Source: a virus
Lineage: Duplodnaviria; Caudoviricetes
Length of the DNA: 64,000 nt
Virus record (IMG/VR): IMGVR_UViG_3300012952_003952
Coordinates: 128,001-192,000 of that record
Strand: one strand, 5' to 3'
Positions 1-9,434 of this stretch are shown here, one piece after another. Position 1 is the stretch's first letter; every line of letters begins with the position of its first letter. The notes beneath the pieces were generated by a model, which was not told the DNA's origin, searched no databases, and worked only from the letters and a program-made list of their open reading frames with translations. A program made the position numbers and the translations under genes.

Positions 1-1221
1 ATAAAGCAATATACTTCTAATGTAGAAAATAACGACATTAGTATTAATAACATAGACGCAAAACTTGAGAAAATAGAATCTATAAGAAAACAATTTCCAA
101 TCAAAGAACTGAAAGAAAGGCATGCGGCACAACTAGAGTTAGAAAAAACTCTTCTAGTCTTAGAAGGAAATTTAGATCAAGAAAATTCTAACTTAAAAAA
201 TAAGAAAGATTCTATTTCTTTATTAGATCAAGTTCCTTGTGGAGACAAGTTTCCAACTTGTAAGTTTATAAAGCGTTCTCACCAAGATAAAGATTCTCTG
301 TCAGAGCAAATAAATTCGATAGAAGAAATTTCTGAAAAAATAAAAGCAGCAAAAAAATCATTTGAAATTCTGCTTAAAGAAGATTTAAAATCTAAGATAG
401 ATAAATATCAGAGCTTATTAGAAAAAGAAAGTAATTTTAAAATTGAAAAATCTACTATCGAAGCGAAATCTAGAGAGTCAGAAAACGCTATTTCAAGAGT
501 TACGTCTCTTCTTGAAGCTTTAAAAACAGAATACAAAAATTCTAAAGGAAAAGTTGATAACTCAGAAAAATCTAACAAGATTAATTCTATAAAATTAGAG
601 CTCATGGATCTAGAAAGCAAAGCGAGAGATTTAGATGCTAAAAGAATGAGCACTAGCGAAACCATCGGCCTTACTACTTCAGAATTAGAAAATTTAAAAG
701 AAGAAAAAACTAATTATGAAAATCTTTTGATGGAATGGAGAATTTATGAATTGGTAATGAGTGGAGTAAACAAAAAAGGAATCCCGCTTCAGATTTTAAT
801 GACTCAACTTCCAAAAATTAATAAAGAAATAGCTAAAATTCTTCATGGTGTAGTAGAGTTTACTGTAGAGTTAGAAGCAGACCTAAATTCTAACTCGATG
901 GATGTGTTTATCAATTACGGAGATTCTAAAAGAATAATTGAGTGCGCTTCAGGGATGGAAAAAATGATATCCTCTATTGCTATTAGAGTAGCTTTAATTA
1001 ACGTATCCTCTTTACCAAAGTGCGACACGTTTATAATAGATGAGGGGTTTGGAGCTTTAGACGAAACGAATGTAGAATCTTGTAATAGACTTTTACAGTC
1101 TTTAAAGAAGTGGTTTAGGAACATAGTGGTCATTTCTCATGTAGACGCGGTAAAAGATAGTGTAGATACAATTTTAGACATATCTTCTAAAGGCATAGAT
1201 TCTTTGGTGGCCCATGATTGA
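1..1221 (+). CDS. SbcC/Rad50/gp46-like recombination ATPase, C-terminal part (5' end outside window)
   Basis: Frame is open from base 1 and in frame with track ORF 604..1221. Coiled coil with CGDKFPTC hook-like Cys pair, signature-like ASGMEK, Walker B FIIDEGFGALD, and VISH. Confidence 0.85.
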   Translation: MKQYTSNVENNDISINNIDAKLEKIESIRKQFPIKELKERHAAQLELEKTLLVLEGNLDQENSNLKNKKDSISLLDQVPCGDKFPTCKFIKRSHQDKDSLSEQINSIEEISEKIKAAKKSFEILLKEDLKSKIDKYQSLLEKESNFKIEKSTIEAKSRESENAISRVTSLLEALKTEYKNSKGKVDNSEKSNKINSIKLELMDLESKARDLDAKRMSTSETIGLTTSELENLKEEKTNYENLLMEWRIYELVMSGVNKKGIPLQILMTQLPKINKEIAKILHGVVEFTVELEADLNSNSMDVFINYGDSKRIIECASGMEKMISSIAIRVALINVSSLPKCDTFIIDEGFGALDETNVESCNRLLQSLKKWFRNIVVISHVDAVKDSVDTILDISSKGIDSLVAHD

Positions 1222-1477
1222 TATAACCTATATAGAAATAGTAGACAAAACTAATAAAGAAAATTTTGTTGATTTTGAGTGTCCTGTTTGCCTAACAGTT
1301 ATGAGAGACGGAAATGACTCTATGTTGATAGATAAATATGGCTGCTGTGCTCTATGTGTTGATGAAGTTGTTTGGCCAAATAAGCCAAGATGGGACCGCG
1401 GTTGGCGCCCTGGAAAAAGAAAGAAGGCACAGATGAGAAAAAAACGACTCGAACTGCCTAGTTATTATGTGTATTAA
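1214..1477 (+). CDS. small putative zinc-finger protein
   Basis: CPVC and CCALC Cys motifs, basic C-terminus; overlaps the upstream stop. Confidence 0.6.
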   Translation: MIDITYIEIVDKTNKENFVDFECPVCLTVMRDGNDSMLIDKYGCCALCVDEVVWPNKPRWDRGWRPGKRKKAQMRKKRLELPSYYVY

Positions 1478-1489
1478 AGAGGGTTAACA

Positions 1490-1861
1490 ATGCTTTCAAT
1501 TCAACAGACAAACATCCTTGGTCAAATTTTAGAGACCTCTTGGGGAAAAAGTAGTGATACTTATCAGTGCAAAGCCAATCTAGTCGGCGAAAACACTTTA
1601 AGAATAATGTATAGTACAGTAGTTTATTTAGCATCTGAAAGAGGTATGGAATCTCAAATACCTCCAGTTGCTGAAGAGGCAAATGCAATAATTTCTAATT
1701 TAATTTCAGACTGCAAAAAACAATATAAAGAAATTGCTGGCGAAGCCTTGACTTTAAAAGAAGTTTCGCTAAGAGATAACGTAGAACTTATTCAAGCATC
1801 TCAAGTAAACCCAAGAAGAGTAGTTCTCTATAGAAAATTTGCAGATTTTTCCATAGGCTAA
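1490..1861 (+). CDS. hypothetical protein
   Basis: 123-aa ORF with GAGGG upstream, packed between neighbours. Confidence 0.6.
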   Translation: MLSIQQTNILGQILETSWGKSSDTYQCKANLVGENTLRIMYSTVVYLASERGMESQIPPVAEEANAIISNLISDCKKQYKEIAGEALTLKEVSLRDNVELIQASQVNPRRVVLYRKFADFSIG

Positions 1862-1877
1862 TTAGTGATGGGTAATT

Positions 1878-3476
1878 ATGGCTCCGCAAAATAAAAAAAG
1901 ACAAGTCAATGAAATAATAAAATGCGGAAAAGACCCACTCTACTTTATAAACAGCTATGTGAAGATTCAGCATCCGCAAAGAGGTACGATACCCTTTAAA
2001 ACTTATTCTTTCCAAGACGATTGCATAGAAGAGTTTACTAAAAATAGGTTTAACGTAATTCTTAAATCTAGACAGTTGGGTTTGTCCACACTATCAGCTG
2101 CTTATGCTACTTGGTTAGCGCTTTTTTACAAAGACAAAAATGTCTTAATCATCGCGACAAAGCTTTCAGTTGCGATGAACTTTATCAAGAAAGTAAAAGT
2201 AGCTATTTCTCATTTGCCGCCATGGCTTATTTTACCAGAAATAGTTTCTAATAATAAGCAAAGCATAGAATTTAGTAATGGATCTCAAATAAAAGCCGTT
2301 CCAACTTCAGAAGATGCTGGTAGATCTGAAGCTCTGACTCTTTTGATAGTTGATGAGGCAGCTTTTGTTAGAAATTTTGATGATCTTTGGATGGGCCTTT
2401 ATCCTACTCTTTCTACTGGAGGTAGAGCTATTATCTTGTCTACTCCGAATGGAGTTGGTGGACAATATTATGACCTCTATATAAAGGCGGAATCTGGAGA
2501 AAATGAATTCAATCCAATAAAGCTTAAATGGGATGTCCACCCCGAAAGAGACGACGATTGGTTTGAGAAAGAAACAAAGAATTTAAGCGAAAAGCAAATT
2601 GCTCAAGAGCTCCTTTGCGACTTTGCGGCTTCTGGAGAAACTTTCTTGAAGTCTGAAGACATCGAATACCTAAGATATATGGTAAAATCTCCTATGGAGC
2701 GCTGGGGCCCTGAGATGGCATGTTGGCAATGGAAGTACCCCCTCGCAGAGCATCAATACGTAATTTCGGCTGACGTCTCAAGAGGAGATTCAAAAGATTA
2801 TTCTGCTTTTCACGTAATAGACACTACAGAGTCTGAAGTAGTTTGCGAATTTAAAGGTAAAATCCCGCCAGACCAATTTGGAGTTTTACTTACTGAAGCT
2901 GGAAAAAGATTTAACAATGCAGTGATCTGTCCAGAAAGCAATACATACGGCTACGCTGTCTTAGTAAAACTAAAAGAGCTTGGATACACAAATATTTATT
3001 TTGCTAAAGAAAAAGAAAAATACGACGTTATGTATGGAAATGGCAGTATAGGAAAAGCTGGATTTTCTACTCAGGGTAATAATCGCGGAAAAATTCTCAC
3101 ACGCTTAGAAGAAGTTTTAAGAAATAAGCAGATAAAAGTTTACTCTTCTAGATTTTATGAAGAAATGAAGACTTTTATTTGGAAAAGCAACAAAGCTCAG
3201 GCGATGAGAGACAAGAATGATGATCTAGTCATGGCCTTAGCTATTGGGGTTTGGCTTTATGACACTAGCGAATCTTTTAATAAACAAGCTGTAGATTTAA
3301 ATAAAGTAATGCTAGACGCTATGGGCTTTACTTCAAACGAGCCCAAAGGTGTTTTAGATCCTAAGCTTCGCACTGTTTCTCATTTGAATCCATTTAAGCC
3401 AGTTATTTTAGACGAAGCAGATGTTAAAGAAAATGAACCAGACAGTCCTATAAACTTTGGCTGGTTGCTGAAATAG
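1878..3476 (+). CDS. terminase large subunit (T4 gp17-like)
   Basis: LKSRQLGLST Walker A, LIVDEAAF Walker B, STPNG coupling motif, nuclease motifs ADVSRG and NDDLVMALA. Confidence 0.93.
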   Translation: MAPQNKKRQVNEIIKCGKDPLYFINSYVKIQHPQRGTIPFKTYSFQDDCIEEFTKNRFNVILKSRQLGLSTLSAAYATWLALFYKDKNVLIIATKLSVAMNFIKKVKVAISHLPPWLILPEIVSNNKQSIEFSNGSQIKAVPTSEDAGRSEALTLLIVDEAAFVRNFDDLWMGLYPTLSTGGRAIILSTPNGVGGQYYDLYIKAESGENEFNPIKLKWDVHPERDDDWFEKETKNLSEKQIAQELLCDFAASGETFLKSEDIEYLRYMVKSPMERWGPEMACWQWKYPLAEHQYVISADVSRGDSKDYSAFHVIDTTESEVVCEFKGKIPPDQFGVLLTEAGKRFNNAVICPESNTYGYAVLVKLKELGYTNIYFAKEKEKYDVMYGNGSIGKAGFSTQGNNRGKILTRLEEVLRNKQIKVYSSRFYEEMKTFIWKSNKAQAMRDKNDDLVMALAIGVWLYDTSESFNKQAVDLNKVMLDAMGFTSNEPKGVLDPKLRTVSHLNPFKPVILDEADVKENEPDSPINFGWLLK

Positions 3477-3497
3477 TTTATTCTGGATTAAAAATGA

Positions 3498-3504
3498 ATA
3501 TTTA
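3498..3504 (+). promoter_or_regulatory. ATANTTA putative late-promoter element (one of 13 placed copies; see findings)
   Basis: ATATTTA 21 nt before the portal ATG; the same heptamer precedes many structural genes. Confidence 0.5.
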
Positions 3505-3525
3505 TTTTATTGAAGAGATATAAAA

Positions 3526-5535
3526 ATGGCTGACAATTCTCCAAGTTTGTTTAGAAGACTATCCGCTCTATTTAGGGCCGGCCCATCTATTAAAAGAAAA
3601 GTTAGAGCTTTTGATGGTAAAAATGTAACAGCTCAAAGTTCTTTACAGCAGTTTAGAAAGTCGCATAGCGACATTTACACTAATACAATGAGCGCGTACG
3701 GCTCTTTTGATAGAATGGCAAGATATTCAGATTTTAGCGAGATGGAAGCCACTCCGGAGATAGCCTCTGCGCTCGACATATACGCAGAAGAAACAGCATC
3801 TGCAGACGACAAAGGAAATGTACTCCACATCTATTCTGAAAACAGAAAAATAAGAGAGTTACTCTTTACGTTATTTTATGATACTCTAAATTTAGATTTT
3901 AACTTGCCGATGTGGACAAGAAATCTTGTAAAATATGGAGACTTCTTTTTGTTTAATGACGTTTCTCCTGAATTTGGAGTCATTGCTTGTTACCCAATTC
4001 CAATATCTGAAATAGAAAGAGAAGAGGGATTTGATCCTGAGAATCCGGCAGCAGTTCAATTTCGTTGGATGACTCAGGGAAATCAAATTTTAGAAAATTG
4101 GCAAGTTTCTCACTTTAGGTTGCTTGGAAACGATTCTTTTTTGCCTTATGGATCAAGTGTTTTAGAGTCTGCTAGGAGAATTTGGAGACAGTTAATTCTG
4201 ATCGAAGATGCAATGCTAGTTTATAGAATTATTAGAGCTCCTGAAAGAAGGGTTTTTAAAATTGATGTAGGTAATATCCCGCCTGAAAGTGTTGCAGAAT
4301 ATTTGGAACAAGCTAAAACGTCTCTTAAGCGCGAGCCCGTAATTAATAAATCGGATGGCAGAGTAGATCTCAGATACAATCCACTTTCAGTAGATGAGGA
4401 TTACTTCATCCCTGTCCGAGGAGGTGATTCAGGGACGGATATAAGCTCTTTGGCTGGAGGTCAAAATACCAGCGCTATTGAAGATGTCGAATATATTCAG
4501 AAAAAACTTTTTGCTGCCCTTAAAATTCCAAAAGCTTATTTAGGTTATGACGAAGAAATAGGATCTAAAGCTACTTTAGCGCAAGAAGATATTAGATTTT
4601 CTAGAACTATTCAAAGAATTCAAAAGACTGTAATCTCTGAACTTAATAAGATTGCGATGATTCACTTGTATTCTCATGGATTTACTGGAGAAGATTTAGT
4701 AGACTTTGACTTAAAGCTTTCAAACCCTTCTAGCATTGCGCAACAGCAAAAACTAGAGCTAATCAATCAAAAATTCGAAATTGCTGGAAAAGTACCAGAA
4801 GGAATGCTCGACAAAGATTGGGTAAGAAAAAATGTGCTGGGTCTCACTGATGAAGAGATCAAGTTAGTTGAAGAAGGCAGAATTTCTGATAAGCTAAGAG
4901 ACGCAGAAGTCGAAGGCGCAGGGGCCGAGGGTGGCGGTGAAGAAGGCGGCGGCGGTGGAGAAGACGCTGGAGGAGACGAAGGCGGAGGATTATTTGCTGG
5001 TGACGCTATTGATGGTGACATCTTAGACGGAAACATGCTTCCGATAGGGATAGCTGCTCTACCCGAAGCCGACGGTTTAAACGAAGAAGATTTAGACGAA
5101 GAAGATGAAGAAGATGATGACGATATTGTCAAATTTTCTTTAAACGACGAAAATGGACCGGTAAAAGCAGATAACATGGTAAAAAATATCTGGAACGAAC
5201 CAATGAGGAAATCTAGAAGCTATAGTGCTGAAAGATTACACTCACCAGATTTTAAATCTATGACAGGTGTAGGGAGTTCTACGAGAAAAAGAGATTCAAT
5301 GAACAGCCCTTACGATTCTGAATTTTTTAAGAATCCATTCGGCGAAAATCTACACACAAAAGTTTCTACTCTTTTAGATAATAGAAAAAGAAATCCACCA
5401 AGAATGGACGCAAGTATGAAACATGTGATAAATAACCTCTCTAATCTTATAGATAATCATAGCGGGAATATTCTTTTAGAAGGAGAAGATCCCGATATAG
5501 AAATTGACTTAGATGAAGAGTCAAGCGAAGGATAA
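3526..5535 (+). CDS. portal protein (T4 gp20-like)
   Basis: EDAMLVYRIIRAPERRVFKIDVGN, EDYFIPVR and KKLFAALKIP are gp20-type motifs; follows the terminase. Confidence 0.92.
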   Translation: MADNSPSLFRRLSALFRAGPSIKRKVRAFDGKNVTAQSSLQQFRKSHSDIYTNTMSAYGSFDRMARYSDFSEMEATPEIASALDIYAEETASADDKGNVLHIYSENRKIRELLFTLFYDTLNLDFNLPMWTRNLVKYGDFFLFNDVSPEFGVIACYPIPISEIEREEGFDPENPAAVQFRWMTQGNQILENWQVSHFRLLGNDSFLPYGSSVLESARRIWRQLILIEDAMLVYRIIRAPERRVFKIDVGNIPPESVAEYLEQAKTSLKREPVINKSDGRVDLRYNPLSVDEDYFIPVRGGDSGTDISSLAGGQNTSAIEDVEYIQKKLFAALKIPKAYLGYDEEIGSKATLAQEDIRFSRTIQRIQKTVISELNKIAMIHLYSHGFTGEDLVDFDLKLSNPSSIAQQQKLELINQKFEIAGKVPEGMLDKDWVRKNVLGLTDEEIKLVEEGRISDKLRDAEVEGAGAEGGGEEGGGGGEDAGGDEGGGLFAGDAIDGDILDGNMLPIGIAALPEADGLNEEDLDEEDEEDDDDIVKFSLNDENGPVKADNMVKNIWNEPMRKSRSYSAERLHSPDFKSMTGVGSSTRKRDSMNSPYDSEFFKNPFGENLHTKVSTLLDNRKRNPPRMDASMKHVINNLSNLIDNHSGNILLEGEDPDIEIDLDEESSEG

Positions 5536-5536
5536 A

Positions 5537-6376
5537 ATGTCGAAACATAACAAGAAAAGAAATGTTGGAATTATCTATGAACAACTCCTTTCTTCTCTTT
5601 CTAAATCTTTAGTAGAAGGAAAAAGTGGAGAAGTTAAAATAGTAAAGGGTTTAATAGATAAACATTTCCGACCAGGCACTGAGCTCTACAAAGAGTTCAG
5701 GCTGTTTCAGGCGATGGTAAAAACCAATGTACCAAGAGAGTCTTTAGCAATAAAGATCTTAGAGGAAGCAAAGAAGGCTTCAAATAATCTAGATTCTAAA
5801 AAGTTGCAAATTGAAAAATCTTTATTAATAAAAGATATAAACCACAAGATAGCTGACGGAAATTTCTACAATCAAAGAGTAAACGAGTATAGAGACTTTG
5901 CAACAGTACAAGTTTTATTAAATCTTTGGAATAAGGGAGATTTATCTTCTTTAAAAACAATTTCTGAATATGAAGCTAAAGTTCAAGAAATGCTACTTTC
6001 TGAATCTAAGCAAGCCATATTAGAAAATGAGAAAACTTCTGAAATAAACAGTTTTACGGTTAAGATAATGCTAGAAAAATTCAATAAAAAATACGATGGC
6101 ACCCTAAATGAAGTTCAGGCAAAAATTATCAAAGAGTACGTGTTTTCTCCTAAGAGCGATCTACTCACTAATTTGCTAAAAGAAGTTAAACAAGATACTC
6201 TTAAAGAAATTGCCAACTTGCCAGAAAAACATAGCAATCAAATTCTCTGCGAAAAAGTAAACAACGTTAAGGGTCAAATATCTAGCTTAAAAGAATCAGT
6301 GCATGATGATGATAATATTTCTCGATTTTTATTGCTTTCTAAACTTTGCACAGAGCTTAAGGAGGAATCACCGTGA
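5537..6376 (+). CDS. hypothetical head-module protein
   Basis: Long helical ORF between portal and protease; ATG at 5537 directly after the portal stop. Confidence 0.65.
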   Translation: MSKHNKKRNVGIIYEQLLSSLSKSLVEGKSGEVKIVKGLIDKHFRPGTELYKEFRLFQAMVKTNVPRESLAIKILEEAKKASNNLDSKKLQIEKSLLIKDINHKIADGNFYNQRVNEYRDFATVQVLLNLWNKGDLSSLKTISEYEAKVQEMLLSESKQAILENEKTSEINSFTVKIMLEKFNKKYDGTLNEVQAKIIKEYVFSPKSDLLTNLLKEVKQDTLKEIANLPEKHSNQILCEKVNNVKGQISSLKESVHDDDNISRFLLLSKLCTELKEESP

Positions 6377-6984
6377 GCGATTCAAAATTACATTTATTGA
6401 CTAGTTGGACCCCGTTTGAATATACTCCAGACCAGATTCAAGAATCTAGAGACCAAAATGGCGGCAAGATTATGATGCGTGGTATTTTGCAAAAAGCTGA
6501 TACGCTTAATCAAAATGGCCGAGTATATCCTAGAGTTATACTAGATAGAGAAGTCCGAAATTATCAGAAATTCATTGCAGAAAATAGAGCGTTGGGAGAA
6601 TGTGACCACCCAGACTCTTCGGTGGTTGAACTCAAAAATGTTTCACATATTATCAGAGAAGCTCACATGGATGGAGATATCTGTTATGGTACGGTTGAAT
6701 TATTAGACACTCCTGCTGGAAAAATACTGCAAAGTTTAGTAGAGTCAGGTGTGACTTTAGGCATATCCTCACGAGGAGTGGGATCCACTAAGTCTGAAGG
6801 AGATCACCAAGTCGTCCAAGATGACTTTCAATTGATATGTTGGGATTTTGTCAGTGAGCCTTCTACCCCTGGAGCTTTTATGATGCGTGAAGGAGTGGAA
6901 GTCAGAAGGTCTGATCTAAATAAACATTTTAATAAAACAGACAGAATTGATAGAATATTTAACGATATTTTAGATTGGGAGTAA
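6373..6984 (+). CDS. prohead protease (T4 gp21-like)
   Basis: NQNGRVYP, GECDHP, GISSRGVGS and DFVSEPSTPGA motifs; GTG start with GGAGG upstream. Confidence 0.92.
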   Translation: MSDSKLHLLTSWTPFEYTPDQIQESRDQNGGKIMMRGILQKADTLNQNGRVYPRVILDREVRNYQKFIAENRALGECDHPDSSVVELKNVSHIIREAHMDGDICYGTVELLDTPAGKILQSLVESGVTLGISSRGVGSTKSEGDHQVVQDDFQLICWDFVSEPSTPGAFMMREGVEVRRSDLNKHFNKTDRIDRIFNDILDWE

Positions 6985-6987
6985 AAA

Positions 6988-7443
6988 ATGTCATACCAAA
7001 ACAGAACCGGCCCAGGTTGGAACTTCGCACCAGAGTATCAGAGCTCTGGTACGCCTTTCGTAACTTCTAGTAGAGATGGTTCAATTGCAACTGACTCAGT
7101 GTATACAGTTAAGTTCCCCACAGTTACAAGGTGGGTCCAAATTAGAAATACGGGGACTGGAAACTTAAAAGTAGGATTTACTTCTAACGGAGTGCAAGGA
7201 AAAGGCGGATCCGTTTCAGGTTCAGCAGCTGAACAAGCTGGTGACAATAGGAACTACTATATAATCCCCTCGGCTTCAAATTCAGATTCTTCTACAGTCC
7301 GCTGGGAGCTTCGTTGCGATAAATTATTTTTTCAAGCTAAAGACGCCGCAACAGGCTTTTCTGTAATAGCTGGACTTACTAATATTCGACCAGCTCAATT
7401 CTTCAAACTTACAGGATCGCAAGGATTCCAGGGAGTTGGATAA
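6988..7443 (+). CDS. hypothetical protein, possibly virion-associated
   Basis: 151-aa Gly/Ser-rich ORF coupled to the protease gene. Confidence 0.6.
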   Translation: MSYQNRTGPGWNFAPEYQSSGTPFVTSSRDGSIATDSVYTVKFPTVTRWVQIRNTGTGNLKVGFTSNGVQGKGGSVSGSAAEQAGDNRNYYIIPSASNSDSSTVRWELRCDKLFFQAKDAATGFSVIAGLTNIRPAQFFKLTGSQGFQGVG

Positions 7444-7865
7444 TGGCTAAAATTTCTAGAAACGCCCTGAAGGGTTTAGTAAAAGAATGTTTAGTAGAAA
7501 TACTCGCAGAAGGTTTGCTGGCTGAAGAAAAACCAGCGGCAAATAAAAAGAGTCTTAGAGAATCTGCTAATTCAAAAAGAAGAGCCCCTACGCGGCGACC
7601 TGCATTAGATCAGATAAGGATGGGAGAGCAAGACCGTCCGGTTGTTAATCCAACTCTGCCAGAAGTAAAAGATCCCATTATGGCTAGTATTTTTGCCGAT
7701 ACTGCGGCCAACACGTTCCAAGCCCAAGTTATGGCGGAGCAAAAAAGTTCAGTGGCTCAGAGGATGACCCACGGAGATGCTGCGACTAAAGCAATGGCCC
7801 AAAATGACCCAATGGATCTTTTTGATGGCGCAAATAATTGGGCAAAATTAGCGTTTGATACCTGA
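7443..7865 (+). CDS. hypothetical protein
   Basis: TAATG overlap with the previous gene; N-terminal LKGLVKECLVEILAE motif. Confidence 0.6.
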   Translation: MAKISRNALKGLVKECLVEILAEGLLAEEKPAANKKSLRESANSKRRAPTRRPALDQIRMGEQDRPVVNPTLPEVKDPIMASIFADTAANTFQAQVMAEQKSSVAQRMTHGDAATKAMAQNDPMDLFDGANNWAKLAFDT

Positions 7866-7923
7866 AAAAATCTCGAGTAGATGATAAGTAATATAGAACA
7901 ACCCCGTTCTAGGAGTTTTTAAA

Positions 7924-8217
7924 ATGTCAAGAAGAAACAGAAGTATAAAAAAGTTAACCCCATCTCTTCTCAAGAAGATGGTGCTGCAAGAGAGAAAGAG
8001 AATGAACGAAACTTCCGATCCTGTAGCAGCTGGTGTAGAAGATCCTGAAAAAGTAAAAGCCGAAGAAGTAGATGCTGATAAACTTGCGGGTAGTTTAGAA
8101 AAAGACTTAGACCACCTTAAGGCTCTTAAGATTCAAGAGACAAAAATACATCAGAAACTTAAGAAAATTAGGGAAGCTAAGCGAATTCTTGTAAAAAGAG
8201 TTGCAAAAAGAATCTAA
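7924..8217 (+). CDS. hypothetical protein
   Basis: AGGAG upstream; 97 aa, coiled-coil-like. Confidence 0.6.
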   Translation: MSRRNRSIKKLTPSLLKKMVLQERKRMNETSDPVAAGVEDPEKVKAEEVDADKLAGSLEKDLDHLKALKIQETKIHQKLKKIREAKRILVKRVAKRI

Positions 8218-8238
8218 TTTTATTAAGGAGTAATTTAA

Positions 8239-8763
8239 ATGCCTACGCACAAACAAGGAACCACCACTGCTATTCCAGGCGCTGGATATGGAACCGGTAC
8301 AGCAACAAGCCTCGGATCAGCGAACCACGGAGTTCAAGCTGCTAGCTTTCCAGGAAGCCCGCTTAACACAGTAGATCAGCTTACTGACGATGGAAGTTCT
8401 TCACCATCCAAAATGGCCGATTGGTACACCACAAATGTCTTGCAGGCAGTTATTAATGATGGTGGACATACTTTCGGTACCCAAGATATGGATTGGGGAA
8501 ATAACATTCCCGAGGGAGAAATTTCTAACGATGGTGGCGGCGCGCCGGCAAATGCCTTCGTTCCAAACACTGTTTCTCCAGGAGAGGGAAGTACAAACCC
8601 TGCAGATCAGCCTCCTGCTCCAGACGAAATAGCCAACATGGGACCTCACGATGTCTTCGGTACTGGAGTCGGCTCCTCATTGCCTGTGGCAGATTCATCT
8701 ACTACACAAAACACGGCAGCCATTGGAACCCTAGCTTCAGGTAAGTCTCCAGGCTCAGAGTAG
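8239..8763 (+). CDS. Gly/Pro/Thr-rich hypothetical protein
   Basis: AAGGAG upstream; 174 aa, low complexity. Confidence 0.6.
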   Translation: MPTHKQGTTTAIPGAGYGTGTATSLGSANHGVQAASFPGSPLNTVDQLTDDGSSSPSKMADWYTTNVLQAVINDGGHTFGTQDMDWGNNIPEGEISNDGGGAPANAFVPNTVSPGEGSTNPADQPPAPDEIANMGPHDVFGTGVGSSLPVADSSTTQNTAAIGTLASGKSPGSE

Positions 8764-8766
8764 TGA

Positions 8767-9339
8767 ATGCCCTTTAAGAGCTCAGGACTTGGCCATATAG
8801 CCACTTACGATGCGCGGGACGACCTCGGTTATGGTCGGATTCGCGCAAAGTTTGACTCACCTCGCAGCTTTATGCAATATGGAGAAATAGAGAGGGATCC
8901 TGAAGCTGAAGAATATGTTGACGACGATAGCTATGAAGCTATATTAACAAAAGTTTTGAATTACGATCCCGGTGATCCGTATGCCAAAAATAAAACAGAC
9001 CCATTCCACTTTGTAGATGGATCTACTAAAATATCTGAACTCTCTACCGCAAAGGGAATGGTACCATTTCCTAGAATGTATAAAAATAGAACAGGTTCAG
9101 GAACTGGTGGATCTGGAAAAGCTATAGCTCATGGTGGTCCCACAAATACTTTTAGGTCTATAACAAGGCCTACAGGGACAAAAAAAGGTTATTCTTCTGC
9201 ACCAGAGCCAATAGAAGTTTTACAAGACATAAACGGCCCCAAATATTCTTTAATGGATATTATTTTTGGGGATGAAGACTTAGAACACTTAGAGAGAATC
9301 CAAAATCAAGTATTTAAAATCCAAAATAGTCAAGAATAA
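8767..9339 (+). CDS. hypothetical protein
   Basis: 190-aa ORF starting 3 nt after the previous stop. Confidence 0.6.
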   Translation: MPFKSSGLGHIATYDARDDLGYGRIRAKFDSPRSFMQYGEIERDPEAEEYVDDDSYEAILTKVLNYDPGDPYAKNKTDPFHFVDGSTKISELSTAKGMVPFPRMYKNRTGSGTGGSGKAIAHGGPTNTFRSITRPTGTKKGYSSAPEPIEVLQDINGPKYSLMDIIFGDEDLEHLERIQNQVFKIQNSQE

Positions 9340-9434
9340 AGGAAATAATTTGGCACCCGCAGTTAAATCTTCCGTTTTGAGTGAATATTTACGATTATCA
9401 TAGTGATATTAGTTTCTTCTAATGAGAGAGGCAA

